64,000 nucleotides of DNA from an uncultured virus (IMG/VR IMGVR_UViG_3300021963_000099) (lineage: Duplodnaviria; Heunggongvirae; Uroviricota; Caudoviricetes): the IMG/VR virus record IMGVR_UViG_3300021963_000099, one strand, 5' to 3'. Shown piece by piece: positions 28,601-37,600 of this stretch. Below the pieces are notes generated by a model, which saw nothing but the letters and a program-made list of their open reading frames with translations, had not been told where the DNA came from and did no database searches. The position numbers and the translations under genes are program-made. Numbering within the stretch: position 1 is the stretch's first letter; each line of letters starts with the position of its first letter.

Positions 28601-30712
28601 GATAGAATTCCAGTTACATCACAACCAACATTAGGATCTCTATTTAAATCTCAAAATGGAACAACATGGACTGCTAGCCAGTATGAAGATTTAAAATTCA
28701 CTTTATATAAAGCTAGATTTAATTCAGAAGGGTCTGTAAGTTTCTTTAATCCAGATGTTCCTACTGCAACTTTAAATGAAAATCCATTATTTGTTCAATC
28801 AAATAGAATTAGAGTAGGTCTTGGTACTACTGTAAATATTCACAGTAGCGGAACAATGATTGTTCCTGGAAATACAGTAATTCAGGAGGGAACATTTGCT
28901 ACAGGTAATTATGTTGGTGGAGCAGGAATTGCAACAGGATCTTTAAGTGTAACCAATCCTGGTATTGGATATACTCCAGGAACTGGAACATATACATTTA
29001 ACAATGTTCCTTTAGTAAAAATAACTGGAAGTGGGCAAAATGCAACTGCAAATATTACAGTAACTAATGGAGAAGTATCTTCCGCATCTATAGTATCTGG
29101 AGGAAATGGTTTTGTTATTGGAGATACATTAACTGCAGAATCTATTGGTAATGATTCACTTGGTAGAAACTTAGTATTGAGTGTAAGTAATGTATTTGGA
29201 ATTAATGAACTTATTATCGATCAAGTTCAAGGAACATTTGTTGTTGGTGCTGGGAAAACAATTAAGTTTATTAATTCTTCTGGAATAACATCATCACTTA
29301 GTGATAATACTAATGTATTTGTTAGCAGCACTCCTAGAGTTATTTCTGATGGTCTTCATATTAAAGTAAATCATCTTAATCATGGAATGCATTCATTAAC
29401 TAATACAGTTAAAATTTCTGGTGTATTTAGTGAAGAAAATGTTGCAGAGATGTCCGCAACTTATCCTGTAAATTCTTCTAATCCACTTCCACTAGATTCA
29501 ACAATAGGATTTGAAACTTTTGAAAATATTTCTGTCAGTGCTTCTAACCCTGGATACATAAACATTAATAGTGAAATTATATCTTATACAGGTGTATCTG
29601 GAAATACTTTAACAGGAATAACTAGAGGTATTGATTCTACAATTCCATTAGAACATCTAGTAAACACTTCTGTTCTAAAATATGAATTAAATGGTATTTC
29701 TTTAAGAAGAATAAATAAAACTCATGATCTTCAAGATGTAACAATTGATCCTCCTGAAGGAAAGATTGGATTGGATCATTATTATATTAAGATAGACACA
29801 TCTGCAAATGGTATTGATAGATCCCAAGATACAGCACAATATCCGGCATTAAAATTTAATGATACTAAAGTTTGTGGTTTATACACTATAAGTGCATCCA
29901 AAAATATTCAATATGAATTAATTAAACCAATTATACAAACTTTAATTCTTCCCGGAACTGAAATATATTCACAAATTAGAACTGTTACATCAACTAGTGT
30001 AAGTGGAAATGAAGTTTCTTTCTTAGATTCTGGTTATGAACCAATATCATTAACAGAAAATAATTATTTCTCTACTCCTAGATTGATTGCATCAAAAGTA
30101 AACTCTGATAAATTGCTTGGATTACTTCCTGGCAAAAAATCTCTAGAAATTGAATTAACTTTATCAACTACAGATGCTAATTTATCACCAGTAGTTGACT
30201 TAGATAGAGTTGGGGCAGTTTTAGTATCTAACAGAGTTAATAATATAATTACAGATTATGTAAATGATAATAGAACTTCAAAATTAGAACTTGATCCATC
30301 AGCATTTGTATATGCAACAAAACCAATTGAACTTGAAATACCTGCAACATCAATTAAAACGATTGTGTCTGCACATATTAATGGATATTGTGATCTAAGA
30401 GCATTCTTTGCTGTTACAAATGATTCAGAGCAACTAAATTCTTTAACATATTATCCATTCCCAGGATATACAAATAGAATAGCATCTGGAGAATTAATTG
30501 ATATTAATGATAATGATGGAACATCAGATAAAAAGGTTATAAAAGTTAGTAACTATGCTTTTGAGTCTAAAGACTTAGTATTTAAAGATTATGAATTCTC
30601 AATAGATAATTTAGAATCATTTAAATACTTTACTATTAAATTAGTTGCAACTTCTACATCTCAAAGTTTCCCACCTAGATTTAGAGAGTTTAGAACCATT
30701 GCACTTGCTTGA
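22634..30712 (+). CDS. VrlC-like / DUF4815 large virion structural protein (2692 aa)
   Basis: PYFDDF..RVLFKPGYPVQARELxxLQSILQ, APGADR, RRTYDESGDY, RIKNLEYYTSLSLLE, DRFKSGIFVDNF, DPLAQSF. Confidence 0.85.
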   Translation: MPQNTNLNSFPYFDDFNPSNNYQRVLFKPGYPVQARELNNLQSILQDQVEKFGTHVFKEGSVVIPGRVQLLNKASSIEFESSYLGLDVSSYLESLVGKTIVGKDSGAKARIEYYDPFTGYPNSVFIRYLSPSLSDSNEFGITTFIEGEVIALDENVSITNANITTFKRGQGIGIVKEVDEGSLVTVSDGVFFLRGHFVSVKTQYRTISPKSNIESGKIGFRVVESLVTSNEDSSLFDNSQGFENYAAPGADRLKIEAILDFYPLSGNPPSNFIEVMRIVDGKIVSQVVANPQYNILAEEFARRTYDESGDYYVEPFTIDIRESLNDGKGNNGVFSRVSDYTRLESGIPPSESLGIYKVSSGKAYVKGFEVEIPSAQTLFFEKPRTTKTLTDTSIPYFTGPSITINRVYGTPVIGFSTSYYITLRDQRVGDNQTTAPGTEIGVARLYDIALESGSYDNVFPDTNQWDLSLYDLQLYTKLTLNSNVTQLTPTFIRGKASGATGFLRYNVSNSNTLYVYNVSGRFIYGEELYFDEIDTNKIITNVQTYGIDDVKSVYSLDQGKYFSGDLVQYTNVNIGQVTITAKNTATGISTVSKVGYDFTKLFRENSIVSFTIPGETIRNASKVVQVTRDSITISGITTVSGLYEGSLYNTIQNPIDFTLNNSKLQSSTDNTYYTTFGKQSVSSVNLSDSELIIRRVFNVQISSGQVSIAPQELQTNETFMPFDEERYILTRNDGKIEVLTSDRFTILSGGKELLIKGLGSNIGARLTATMRRVNVKSKLKYKNKVKSIVIDKSIYAESGIGATTKDDGLKYGNYPYGTRVQDKDICLLYPDVTKIHAIYESNTISDPIIPSFILQDISSLNASAFDIIVGEEFISRDNGAVGIVLGHKSSSEIYVKYLTENTSFNEEVIEFTESGITAVLNSYVPAPNKDITSNYILENGQKATTYDYSKIIRKNNYESPSRKIQIFFEYASIPDSDDGDIITVDSYNQFDYCDIPSVDGIKCSDIIDIRPRVKSYTVSEGKRSPFEFLGRDFSSQENLKTNVLAPDESILLDYSIHLPRIDKIFLSKDSRLQLVTGDPSETPEAPDNISDAIEIAQIFLPPYLCKINDAKISLKRHKRYQMKDIALLEDRIKNLEYYTSLSLLESNTSNLQIKDSAGLDRFKSGIFVDNFTSTLVQEKKTNPKNSIDIANGELRPASYTTSIDLVLGATSLTGVGGEKDPNADPIYARDLIGSGVRRSTLDQEKNSYKDGMGVVTLDYESVQLASQLTATRVENLAPYMVTFYTGDISLSPSSDIWVDQVRVQTNTIEGLIDGYAEQEQEIDFRNFNNEAGWSPIIWNAWQTNWTGSTVKDDKKVEVSTSIIPGGPNQKDGKVTTTTTTTIRTTTKTGTSNRTGSGTQVKYSQGNTYNLGDKIISVDVASYMRSRNIQFVARGMMPGALLKASLDDVSMTTYVIPKLLPISILEGNFIVGETIIGGTLPSANNSAPYIVFRAAQPNHKFGPFNNPSEIFAFDPKNGSDMPTTYTATSEYINVDIASLSVQSSTDFYGYVAPGMVLVGQTSRARAIVVTNALIADEKGNAIGSFFIPNPNSPSSPKFRTGNAIFKLEHIVESESVKGLGKTRASATYFAQGSITPVQGTVISTRKIDVVRGTFIDSKPISEVTTSVVDVDTQVQREEPQPIPIPVAPVPLPVPIFIEPRPIPVYIQPPPVRPIAPPPVGPIAPPPVRPITPITPITPVRPITPVAPIAPPPVAVPKCPAPRSDVAASCPKDEKYEYGGVQWESVGKATQVFRLYAQILNYYEAFNNDKAKNLAKQAYDNGPNRIQKIYDKGQLRKLVNDPNADVIAFRLKQKSDGCYICKQLDKGEERLYIDPLAQSFFVPKPGCFITKLDLFFQSKGSNEESVFVELRPMKYGSPDKTAYPMSSKVINSSEILVSDDSSVPTTIVFDAPIYLEGGTEHCVVVGSKVTNFNVWISRLGEPDVTTSSNVNDRIPVTSQPTLGSLFKSQNGTTWTASQYEDLKFTLYKARFNSEGSVSFFNPDVPTATLNENPLFVQSNRIRVGLGTTVNIHSSGTMIVPGNTVIQEGTFATGNYVGGAGIATGSLSVTNPGIGYTPGTGTYTFNNVPLVKITGSGQNATANITVTNGEVSSASIVSGGNGFVIGDTLTAESIGNDSLGRNLVLSVSNVFGINELIIDQVQGTFVVGAGKTIKFINSSGITSSLSDNTNVFVSSTPRVISDGLHIKVNHLNHGMHSLTNTVKISGVFSEENVAEMSATYPVNSSNPLPLDSTIGFETFENISVSASNPGYININSEIISYTGVSGNTLTGITRGIDSTIPLEHLVNTSVLKYELNGISLRRINKTHDLQDVTIDPPEGKIGLDHYYIKIDTSANGIDRSQDTAQYPALKFNDTKVCGLYTISASKNIQYELIKPIIQTLILPGTEIYSQIRTVTSTSVSGNEVSFLDSGYEPISLTENNYFSTPRLIASKVNSDKLLGLLPGKKSLEIELTLSTTDANLSPVVDLDRVGAVLVSNRVNNIITDYVNDNRTSKLELDPSAFVYATKPIELEIPATSIKTIVSAHINGYCDLRAFFAVTNDSEQLNSLTYYPFPGYTNRIASGELIDINDNDGTSDKKVIKVSNYAFESKDLVFKDYEFSIDNLESFKYFTIKLVATSTSQSFPPRFREFRTIALA
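27755..27860 (+). repeat. In-frame 24-nt and 9-nt tandem repeats encoding a Pro-rich linker
   Basis: CCACCAGTA(A/G)GACCAATAGCGCCA x2 plus a partial third copy; CCAATAACA x3. Confidence 0.85.
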
Positions 30713-30713
30713 T

Positions 30714-30932
30714 ATGAGAATTAAAGTTAAAAATAACCCAGATCTTTACAGAGATCAAAAAACTAATGCAATAGTTAATACAAATATAAATGAATATGAT
30801 AATTATTTAAAAATGAAAAAATTAAAGGAAAGTGAAGAAGAAAGAATATCTGCATTAGAATATGATATAAAATCTGTAAAAGATGATATAAAGGAGATTA
30901 AAAATCTCCTTTTGAAGATGGCACAAGGATAA
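30714..30932 (+). CDS. Conserved small coiled-coil protein upstream of g13
   Basis: ATG 30714 directly after the VrlC stop; LYRDxxTNAIVN motif; C-terminal heptads. Confidence 0.75.
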   Translation: MRIKVKNNPDLYRDQKTNAIVNTNINEYDNYLKMKKLKESEEERISALEYDIKSVKDDIKEIKNLLLKMAQG

Positions 30933-30964
30933 GTAAAATAAATACTTAAAAGGATAAGTGTATC

Positions 30965-31804
30965 ATGGCACAACCAACAAGTAGGTCGGAGTTAATAAAT
31001 TATTGTAAAAGGCAACTTGGTGCTCCTGTATTAGAAATTAATGTAGCAAGTGAACAACTTGATGATTTAGTTGATGATGCACTTCAATATTTTCATGAGC
31101 GTCACTTTGATGGAGTCGCTCAAACATATTTAAAATATCAAATTACTGAAGATGATATAAACAGAGGTAAGGCAAATGGTGCTGGTGGGGTTGGTGTAAC
31201 AACAACCACAGTAAACCATTCTGTTGGACTAACAACACAGTTTAATTTTCATGAAACTGGAAATTATTTGCAGGTTCCGCCATCTGTTATTGGAGTTAAT
31301 AAAATATTTAAGACTGAGGGTTCTAATTCAATTTCAAGTGGGATGTTCAGTTTAAAATATCAACTATTTTTAAATGATATCTATTATTGGGGATCTGTTG
31401 AATTATTATCTTATGCAATGACAAAAACTTATCTTGAAGATATTGATTTTCTGTTATCGACAGATAAGCAAATTAGATTTAATCAAAGATCTGATAGATT
31501 ATACCTTGATATTGATTGGAATACTGTTACTGCAGGAAATTATCTTGTTATAGATTGTTGGAGATTAATTGATCCTACAGAGAATACAAGGGTTTGGAAT
31601 GATTCATTTTTGAAAAGATACTTAACTGCTCTTATAAAGCGTCAATGGGGTCAAAATTTAATTAAATTCCAAGGTGTTAAACTTCCAGGAGGAGTTGAAC
31701 TTAATGGAAGACAAATTTATGATGATGCTGAGAGAGAATTACTTGAAATACGAGAATCCATGATGACAACATATGAATTACCTCCTTTAGATATGATAGG
31801 TTGA
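30965..31804 (+). CDS. g13: Neck protein gp13
   Basis: YCKRQLGAPVLEINV, KRQWGQNLIKFQGVKLPGGVELNG. Confidence 0.93.
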   Translation: MAQPTSRSELINYCKRQLGAPVLEINVASEQLDDLVDDALQYFHERHFDGVAQTYLKYQITEDDINRGKANGAGGVGVTTTTVNHSVGLTTQFNFHETGNYLQVPPSVIGVNKIFKTEGSNSISSGMFSLKYQLFLNDIYYWGSVELLSYAMTKTYLEDIDFLLSTDKQIRFNQRSDRLYLDIDWNTVTAGNYLVIDCWRLIDPTENTRVWNDSFLKRYLTALIKRQWGQNLIKFQGVKLPGGVELNGRQIYDDAERELLEIRESMMTTYELPPLDMIG

Positions 31805-31814
31805 GGTATAAAAA

Positions 31815-33203
31815 ATGCTAAATCCATACTTTACTCAAGGAACATCTTCAGAGCAAAATTTAGTACAGGATCTTGTAGATGAACAAATTAGAATGTATGG
31901 TATTGATGTATATTATATACCTAGATCTTATGTAACTAAAGCAACTATTATAAAAGAAATAATACAATCTGAATACAATGATGCTTACGCTATAGAAGCA
32001 TATGTAAGCACATATAGCGGATATGAAGGTGCTGGAACATTACTATCAAAATTTGGAATTCAAGAACAAGATGATTTAACAATAGTAATATCACAAAGAA
32101 GATATAGAGATTATTTGCAACCATTAGTTGCTGCTGGTGCAAATATTGAATTATCTTCAAGACCAAAAGAAGGAGATTTAATATATTTTCCTTTAGGTGA
32201 TAGAATTTTTGAAATTAAATATGTTGAACATGAAAGTCCTTTTTTCCAATTAAAGAAAAATTATGTTTATGAATTAAGATGTGAACTTTATAGACTTGCT
32301 GCAAGTGATGTATTTGATACAGATATTACAGATATTGATAATAACTTAATTGGTGAAGGATATATTCAAACACTATCAATGGTTGGTGTTGGATCTACAG
32401 CTACTGCATTCACTGGAATAGTAAATGGTGGAGTAAGATTTGTTAATATAACAAACAGAGGATCTGGTTACACAACATCACCCAATGTTGCTTTTTCTTC
32501 TCCACCAAATGGTGGAATTCAAGCAACTGGAATCTCATCAATGATAAGTGGAATTGTAGATTTTTGCGATACAAATAAAGAATCTTTAAGAGTTCAATCA
32601 GTATTAATAACTAATCCTGGTGCAGGGTATAGTGTTCCTCCATTAGTAAGTTTTATTGGTGGTGGTGGATCTGGTGCTGCTGGAACTGCGATTATTGGAA
32701 ATGGTATTGTTGGTGTTATAACAGTGTCTAACGGAGGAAGTGGATATATTAATATTCCATCAGTGACATTTAGTTCTCCAACAAATGGAATAACTGCAGA
32801 AGGTGTAGCAAATATGAATTCTTCTGGAGTGGTAACATCAATATACATAACAAATGCTGGACTAGGATATACACAGACACCAACAATAACTATACAAAAT
32901 CCTCCAGTATTAGTTGGAACTGGGGACTATATATTCAATGAAATTGTTGTAGGTAGTTCTAGTAGTGTTACTGCGAGGGTTAGATCTTGGAGTTCATCAA
33001 CAAACACTTTACAAGTTGCTACCATATCTGGAAGATTTTTAACTGGAGAAAATATTATAGGACAAGAATCTGGATCTTCCTACGCTGTTAAATCTATAAA
33101 TACAGATAATATCGAAGATAAATTTGCCTCTAATGACGATATTCAATTAGAAGCAAACGAGTTATTAGATTTTACAGAAAAAAATCCATTTGGCACTCCA
33201 TAA
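31815..33203 (+). CDS. g14: Neck protein gp14 with inserted GxGY repeats
   Basis: EQIRMYGIDVYYIPR, RPKEGDLIYFP, DFTEKNPFG. Confidence 0.9.
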   Translation: MLNPYFTQGTSSEQNLVQDLVDEQIRMYGIDVYYIPRSYVTKATIIKEIIQSEYNDAYAIEAYVSTYSGYEGAGTLLSKFGIQEQDDLTIVISQRRYRDYLQPLVAAGANIELSSRPKEGDLIYFPLGDRIFEIKYVEHESPFFQLKKNYVYELRCELYRLAASDVFDTDITDIDNNLIGEGYIQTLSMVGVGSTATAFTGIVNGGVRFVNITNRGSGYTTSPNVAFSSPPNGGIQATGISSMISGIVDFCDTNKESLRVQSVLITNPGAGYSVPPLVSFIGGGGSGAAGTAIIGNGIVGVITVSNGGSGYINIPSVTFSSPTNGITAEGVANMNSSGVVTSIYITNAGLGYTQTPTITIQNPPVLVGTGDYIFNEIVVGSSSSVTARVRSWSSSTNTLQVATISGRFLTGENIIGQESGSSYAVKSINTDNIEDKFASNDDIQLEANELLDFTEKNPFGTP

Positions 33204-33217
33204 AATAGGCAAAAGTT

Positions 33218-34216
33218 ATGTTTGAATATTTTTATCACGAAATATTGAGAAATACTATAATTTCATTTGGAACTCTTTTTAATGGAATAGAAATACATTC
33301 TAAAGATTCTAACAATGATACATTTTCTATAGTTAAAGTTCCTCTAGCATATGGACCAATACAAAAGTTTTTAGCAAGAGTAGAGCAAGAACCAGATCTA
33401 AATAAACCATTTCAAATTACTCTTCCAAGGATGTCATTTGAATTTACTGGTTTATCATATGATACATCAAGAAAATTAAATCAAACTCAATCATTTATTG
33501 CAAAATCTTCAGAAGATTCTACTATAAAAAAAGCATATATGCCCGTTCCATATAACATGGAATTTGAATTAAATATTATGACAAAACTAAATGATGATAT
33601 GCTGCAAATTGTAGAACAAATACTTCCCTATTTTCAACCATCATATACTTTATCTGTAAATTTATTGAAAACTTTAGGAGAAAAAAAAGATATACCAATC
33701 GTATTAAATTCAATTTCAATGAGTGATGATTATGAAGGAGATTTTACAAATAGAAGATCTTTAATTTATACATTAAGATTTACTGCAAAGACATACCTTT
33801 ACGGTCCAATTACAACTAGTGTTGAAAAAGATATTATCAAAAAAGTTTCTATTGGATATGTTTCTGGAGATTCAAGATCAACTACAAGAGATCTTACATA
33901 TTCTACTACGCCAGTTGCAACTAAAAACTATACTGGAAATGTTACAACAGTTCTACAAAAAGATGTATTGGTTGCTGATGGAATAATCATAGTTGCAGAT
34001 GCATCAAGTTTTAATGTTGGAGATTACTTCTCAGTGAATGAAGAAACAATGAGAGTTAAAAAAGTAAATGGAAATGAAATTGTTGTAGAAAAAGGTCAAT
34101 ATGGTACAAGAATAGAAAATCATGTTTCTGGATCTGAAGTTAAATTAATTACTGAAGGTGATAATGATTTAATAGAATTTGGAGATAATTTTGGTTTTGA
34201 TGGATTTAATGTGTGA
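33218..34216 (+). CDS. g15: Tail sheath stabilizer/terminator gp15
   Basis: FGTLFN, VPLAYGP, LPRMSFE, QIVEQILPYFQP. Confidence 0.92.
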   Translation: MFEYFYHEILRNTIISFGTLFNGIEIHSKDSNNDTFSIVKVPLAYGPIQKFLARVEQEPDLNKPFQITLPRMSFEFTGLSYDTSRKLNQTQSFIAKSSEDSTIKKAYMPVPYNMEFELNIMTKLNDDMLQIVEQILPYFQPSYTLSVNLLKTLGEKKDIPIVLNSISMSDDYEGDFTNRRSLIYTLRFTAKTYLYGPITTSVEKDIIKKVSIGYVSGDSRSTTRDLTYSTTPVATKNYTGNVTTVLQKDVLVADGIIIVADASSFNVGDYFSVNEETMRVKKVNGNEIVVEKGQYGTRIENHVSGSEVKLITEGDNDLIEFGDNFGFDGFNV

Positions 34217-34223
34217 TTAGAAT

Positions 34224-34661
34224 ATGACAAATAAATTTGAAGACTTGAATAGTGTTTTTAATGTTTCTGGAGAAATAGTTTCTTCGGAAATAGAAAAGAA
34301 AGAAGATCAAATCATCCAAAAGGATCAAAATTCTAATCTAGATGATATAAAAAAAGATTATGAATATACTAGAGGAAATTTATATTCCATTATAGAAAAG
34401 GGTCAAGAAGCAATTAATGGAATCCTTGAACTTGCACAAGAAACTGAGATGCCTAGAGCATATGAAGTTGCAGGTCAATTAATTAAAAATGTATCGGACG
34501 CTACAGATAAACTATTAGATCTTCAAAAAAAATTAAAAGACCTTGAAGAAATTTCACCTAAAAAAGGTCCTACTAATGTGACAAATGCTCTTTTTGTTGG
34601 ATCTACAGCAGAACTAGCAAAATTAATTAAAGATAATCAAGTTCCTAAAGACAATAAATAA
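34224..34661 (+). CDS. g16: Terminase small subunit gp16
   Basis: DYEYTRGNLY, PRAYEVAGQLIK, NALFVGSTAEL. Confidence 0.92.
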   Translation: MTNKFEDLNSVFNVSGEIVSSEIEKKEDQIIQKDQNSNLDDIKKDYEYTRGNLYSIIEKGQEAINGILELAQETEMPRAYEVAGQLIKNVSDATDKLLDLQKKLKDLEEISPKKGPTNVTNALFVGSTAELAKLIKDNQVPKDNK

Positions 34662-34699
34662 TAAAAAAGTCTTTTGGTGTAATAACATAGGTGGCATAA

Positions 34700-37600
34700 A
34701 TGAATACAGATCCGCTTATTCTGTTAAAGAGATCTTTAGAAAAAGATAAAATCCCAACAATTGCACAACTTGGTCTAGGAGAACTAGCCATCAACCATTT
34801 TGATGGTAAAGTATTTGTAAGACAAGATACTCAAGGTGCAGCAGGTATTGCAACTAGAGTAGTTCAAGTTGGTGCCGGAGGAAGTTTAGGAAAAACATAT
34901 TTTGTTGCTATTACAGGGGATGATGAAAATAATGGATTAAATGAAATTACTCCATTAAGAACAATTAAAGCTGCTGCTGCAAAAGCAATTCCTGGAGATA
35001 CTATTAAAATTGCTCCTGGAACATTTATTGAAAATAATCCAATAACTCTAAGAAAAAATGTTTCTGTTGAGGGGTATGAACTTAGAAACTGCCTAGTTAC
35101 ACCACAAAATCCAAGTCAAGATTTATTTTATGTTAGTGATGGTGTTCACTTAACAGACTTAAGTTTTGTTGGTCAACCAGCAACAAATGGTGCTGCTGTA
35201 ATCGCATTTCCACCTTTATTAGGAGTTGCAGGAGACAGATATTTTGATGCTGCTAGATTATTAAGATTTAATTCAGATTTTATTGCTAGAGAAGCAGTAG
35301 GATTTTTAACTAGCGGATATAGTGGTCTTGCGGGAAGTCAAAGAGCACAAGATGCTGCTAGACTACTGGATCTAAATAAAGAATTTATTGCTAGAGAAGC
35401 AGTAGGATTTTTAACTAGTGGTTATAGTGGGTATGCTGCAGATCATAGAACACAAGATGCTGCTAGACTAATTGAACTCAATAGAGACTTTATTTCTTTT
35501 GAGGCAGCAGATTATATTGATAGTGCAGATTACACAAAAATTGGAAACTTAAACGCTACAGAAGAAGCAAATTTAAGAAGTGATATTAAACTTACTTTAG
35601 ATGCTTTAATTTATGATTTAATTTCAACTGGAAATGAGAAATCGGTAGGAAATAGCACTAATTTCTTCCAAGGTGGATCATTAATTACTAGATTAACTGG
35701 TGCTGGATTTTCAGGAGCATTAGTTGATGGATTGGTATATGCTGCAGGAATTGCAACTCATGTAATTAATAATTATCCTTGGGGAGGGATTACTAGTACT
35801 ACAACTAATGTAGTTTCTTTTGATTATACCGCTTCTACTGGCGTTGCTACAGTAACTACAAATTCTGATGCAGATGTTGATGTAGGTAATCCAGTAAGAC
35901 TTGCAAATATTTCATTTACATGTCCTGGTGGATCTGGTATTACAACAACTATATTCCCAGATCATACAAGAGGAGATACATTTATAGTAGAATCAACTGT
36001 TGGTATCAATACCTTCACAATTAATGTTGGTATTTCTACTATTAGTCATACTTATAATAGTGGTGGTACTGTTACTTCTTTAAAAAATAGAAGCGATTAT
36101 TCTCAAACATTTAGAGAATCTGTATCTAGAGTAAATTATGGTTGTGTTGCTATTGGAAATTCAATCAATACTTTAATTGGTATTACAACTAATGTAGTTT
36201 CTGCTGGTAATACTTCTGGTCTTCCTGCAGTAGTTTCAAATGCAATTAATTTATATACAGCAGATTGTGCTGATGATGTTAAGGATATTATTACCGCAGT
36301 TTCTCATGATTTAAAGGCAAATGGAAATATTAAATCTGTAGGTGCTGCACAATCTTATTTTGTAGGTGGTTCTTTAGCACATATATCTGAAGCAGGTATT
36401 CCTGAGCAAACCATTGATACTCTTCAATATGCTGCAGATATTATGGAGTCTGTAATTAATACCAGACCTTGGGGAACAATTCCTGCAGGACAGGATAAAA
36501 ATATAACTGGATTTGTTTATACTGCATCTACTGGTATTGGAACTATTACTGCAGTTGGTCATGGTGTTACAACTGGTGATACAATTAAACTAACAGGAAT
36601 TGCATTTACATGTCCAGGTGGTTCAGGAATTACAACTACTATTTTCCCAGATGGAACTCAAGGTTCATTTTTTGAAGTAAAAGAATATATTGATGAAAAT
36701 ACAGTTAAAATATTTGCTGGTATTTCTACAATTAATCATACTTATAATACAGGTGGTATCCTTAGAAAGTATGAAAATTTCCAAGAAACTTATCAACAAA
36801 CTTTAGATAATTCTGTTATTCAAGTTCGTGGTGGTTGCGTTGGAGTTGCTAATACAATTAGACAACTTGTAGGAATTGTAACTCAAGCAATTGGGGTTGG
36901 AAATACTAATAGTCTTCCAGGAATTACTACTGGTATTAGACTTGACATGGAAAAGTGTTTTAGAGATGTAAAATTTGCAATTAAAGCAATTTGTTATGAT
37001 ATAACAAGAGGTGGTAATTCAAAATCAGTATCAATTGGAAAAACTTATTTTGATGCTAATGGTAATAAACTAGGAATTCTTGCCGATCCTAATGAATATG
37101 AACAAACAGTAATTGCTTTAAATTATTCAAAAGATATTGCAAGAGCGGTTATTAATAATGTCAATTGGGGTAGTAAATTAGATCCAATTTGGAGTAGAGA
37201 TTTTGCTGGGGGTTCTGCCAATATTGGTATTACTACTGTAGATTATGATAAATCTACTGGAATTACAACAATTACTACTAATGTTGGACATGGATTAACT
37301 ACAGGACACTCCGTAAAGTTAGCAGGAATTGCAATGACCTGCCCAGGATATAATTATACTGGTATCGCAGTTACAGGGTTCCAATATAACAAGTCTACTG
37401 GTTTAAGTACAGTATTCTTAGGAACTAATCATTTTGTTAATGAAAATGATTTAGTTTTCTTAGAGAATCTTAAGTTTAATTGTGGGGATTCGGGTCTTGG
37501 TCCTGTAGTCAATATCACTAATGCAGTTTATGATAAAACTGTTGGTATTCTAACTGTTACAACTTCTGCTGCATCTGGTGTTCATACGGGAGAACCTGTT

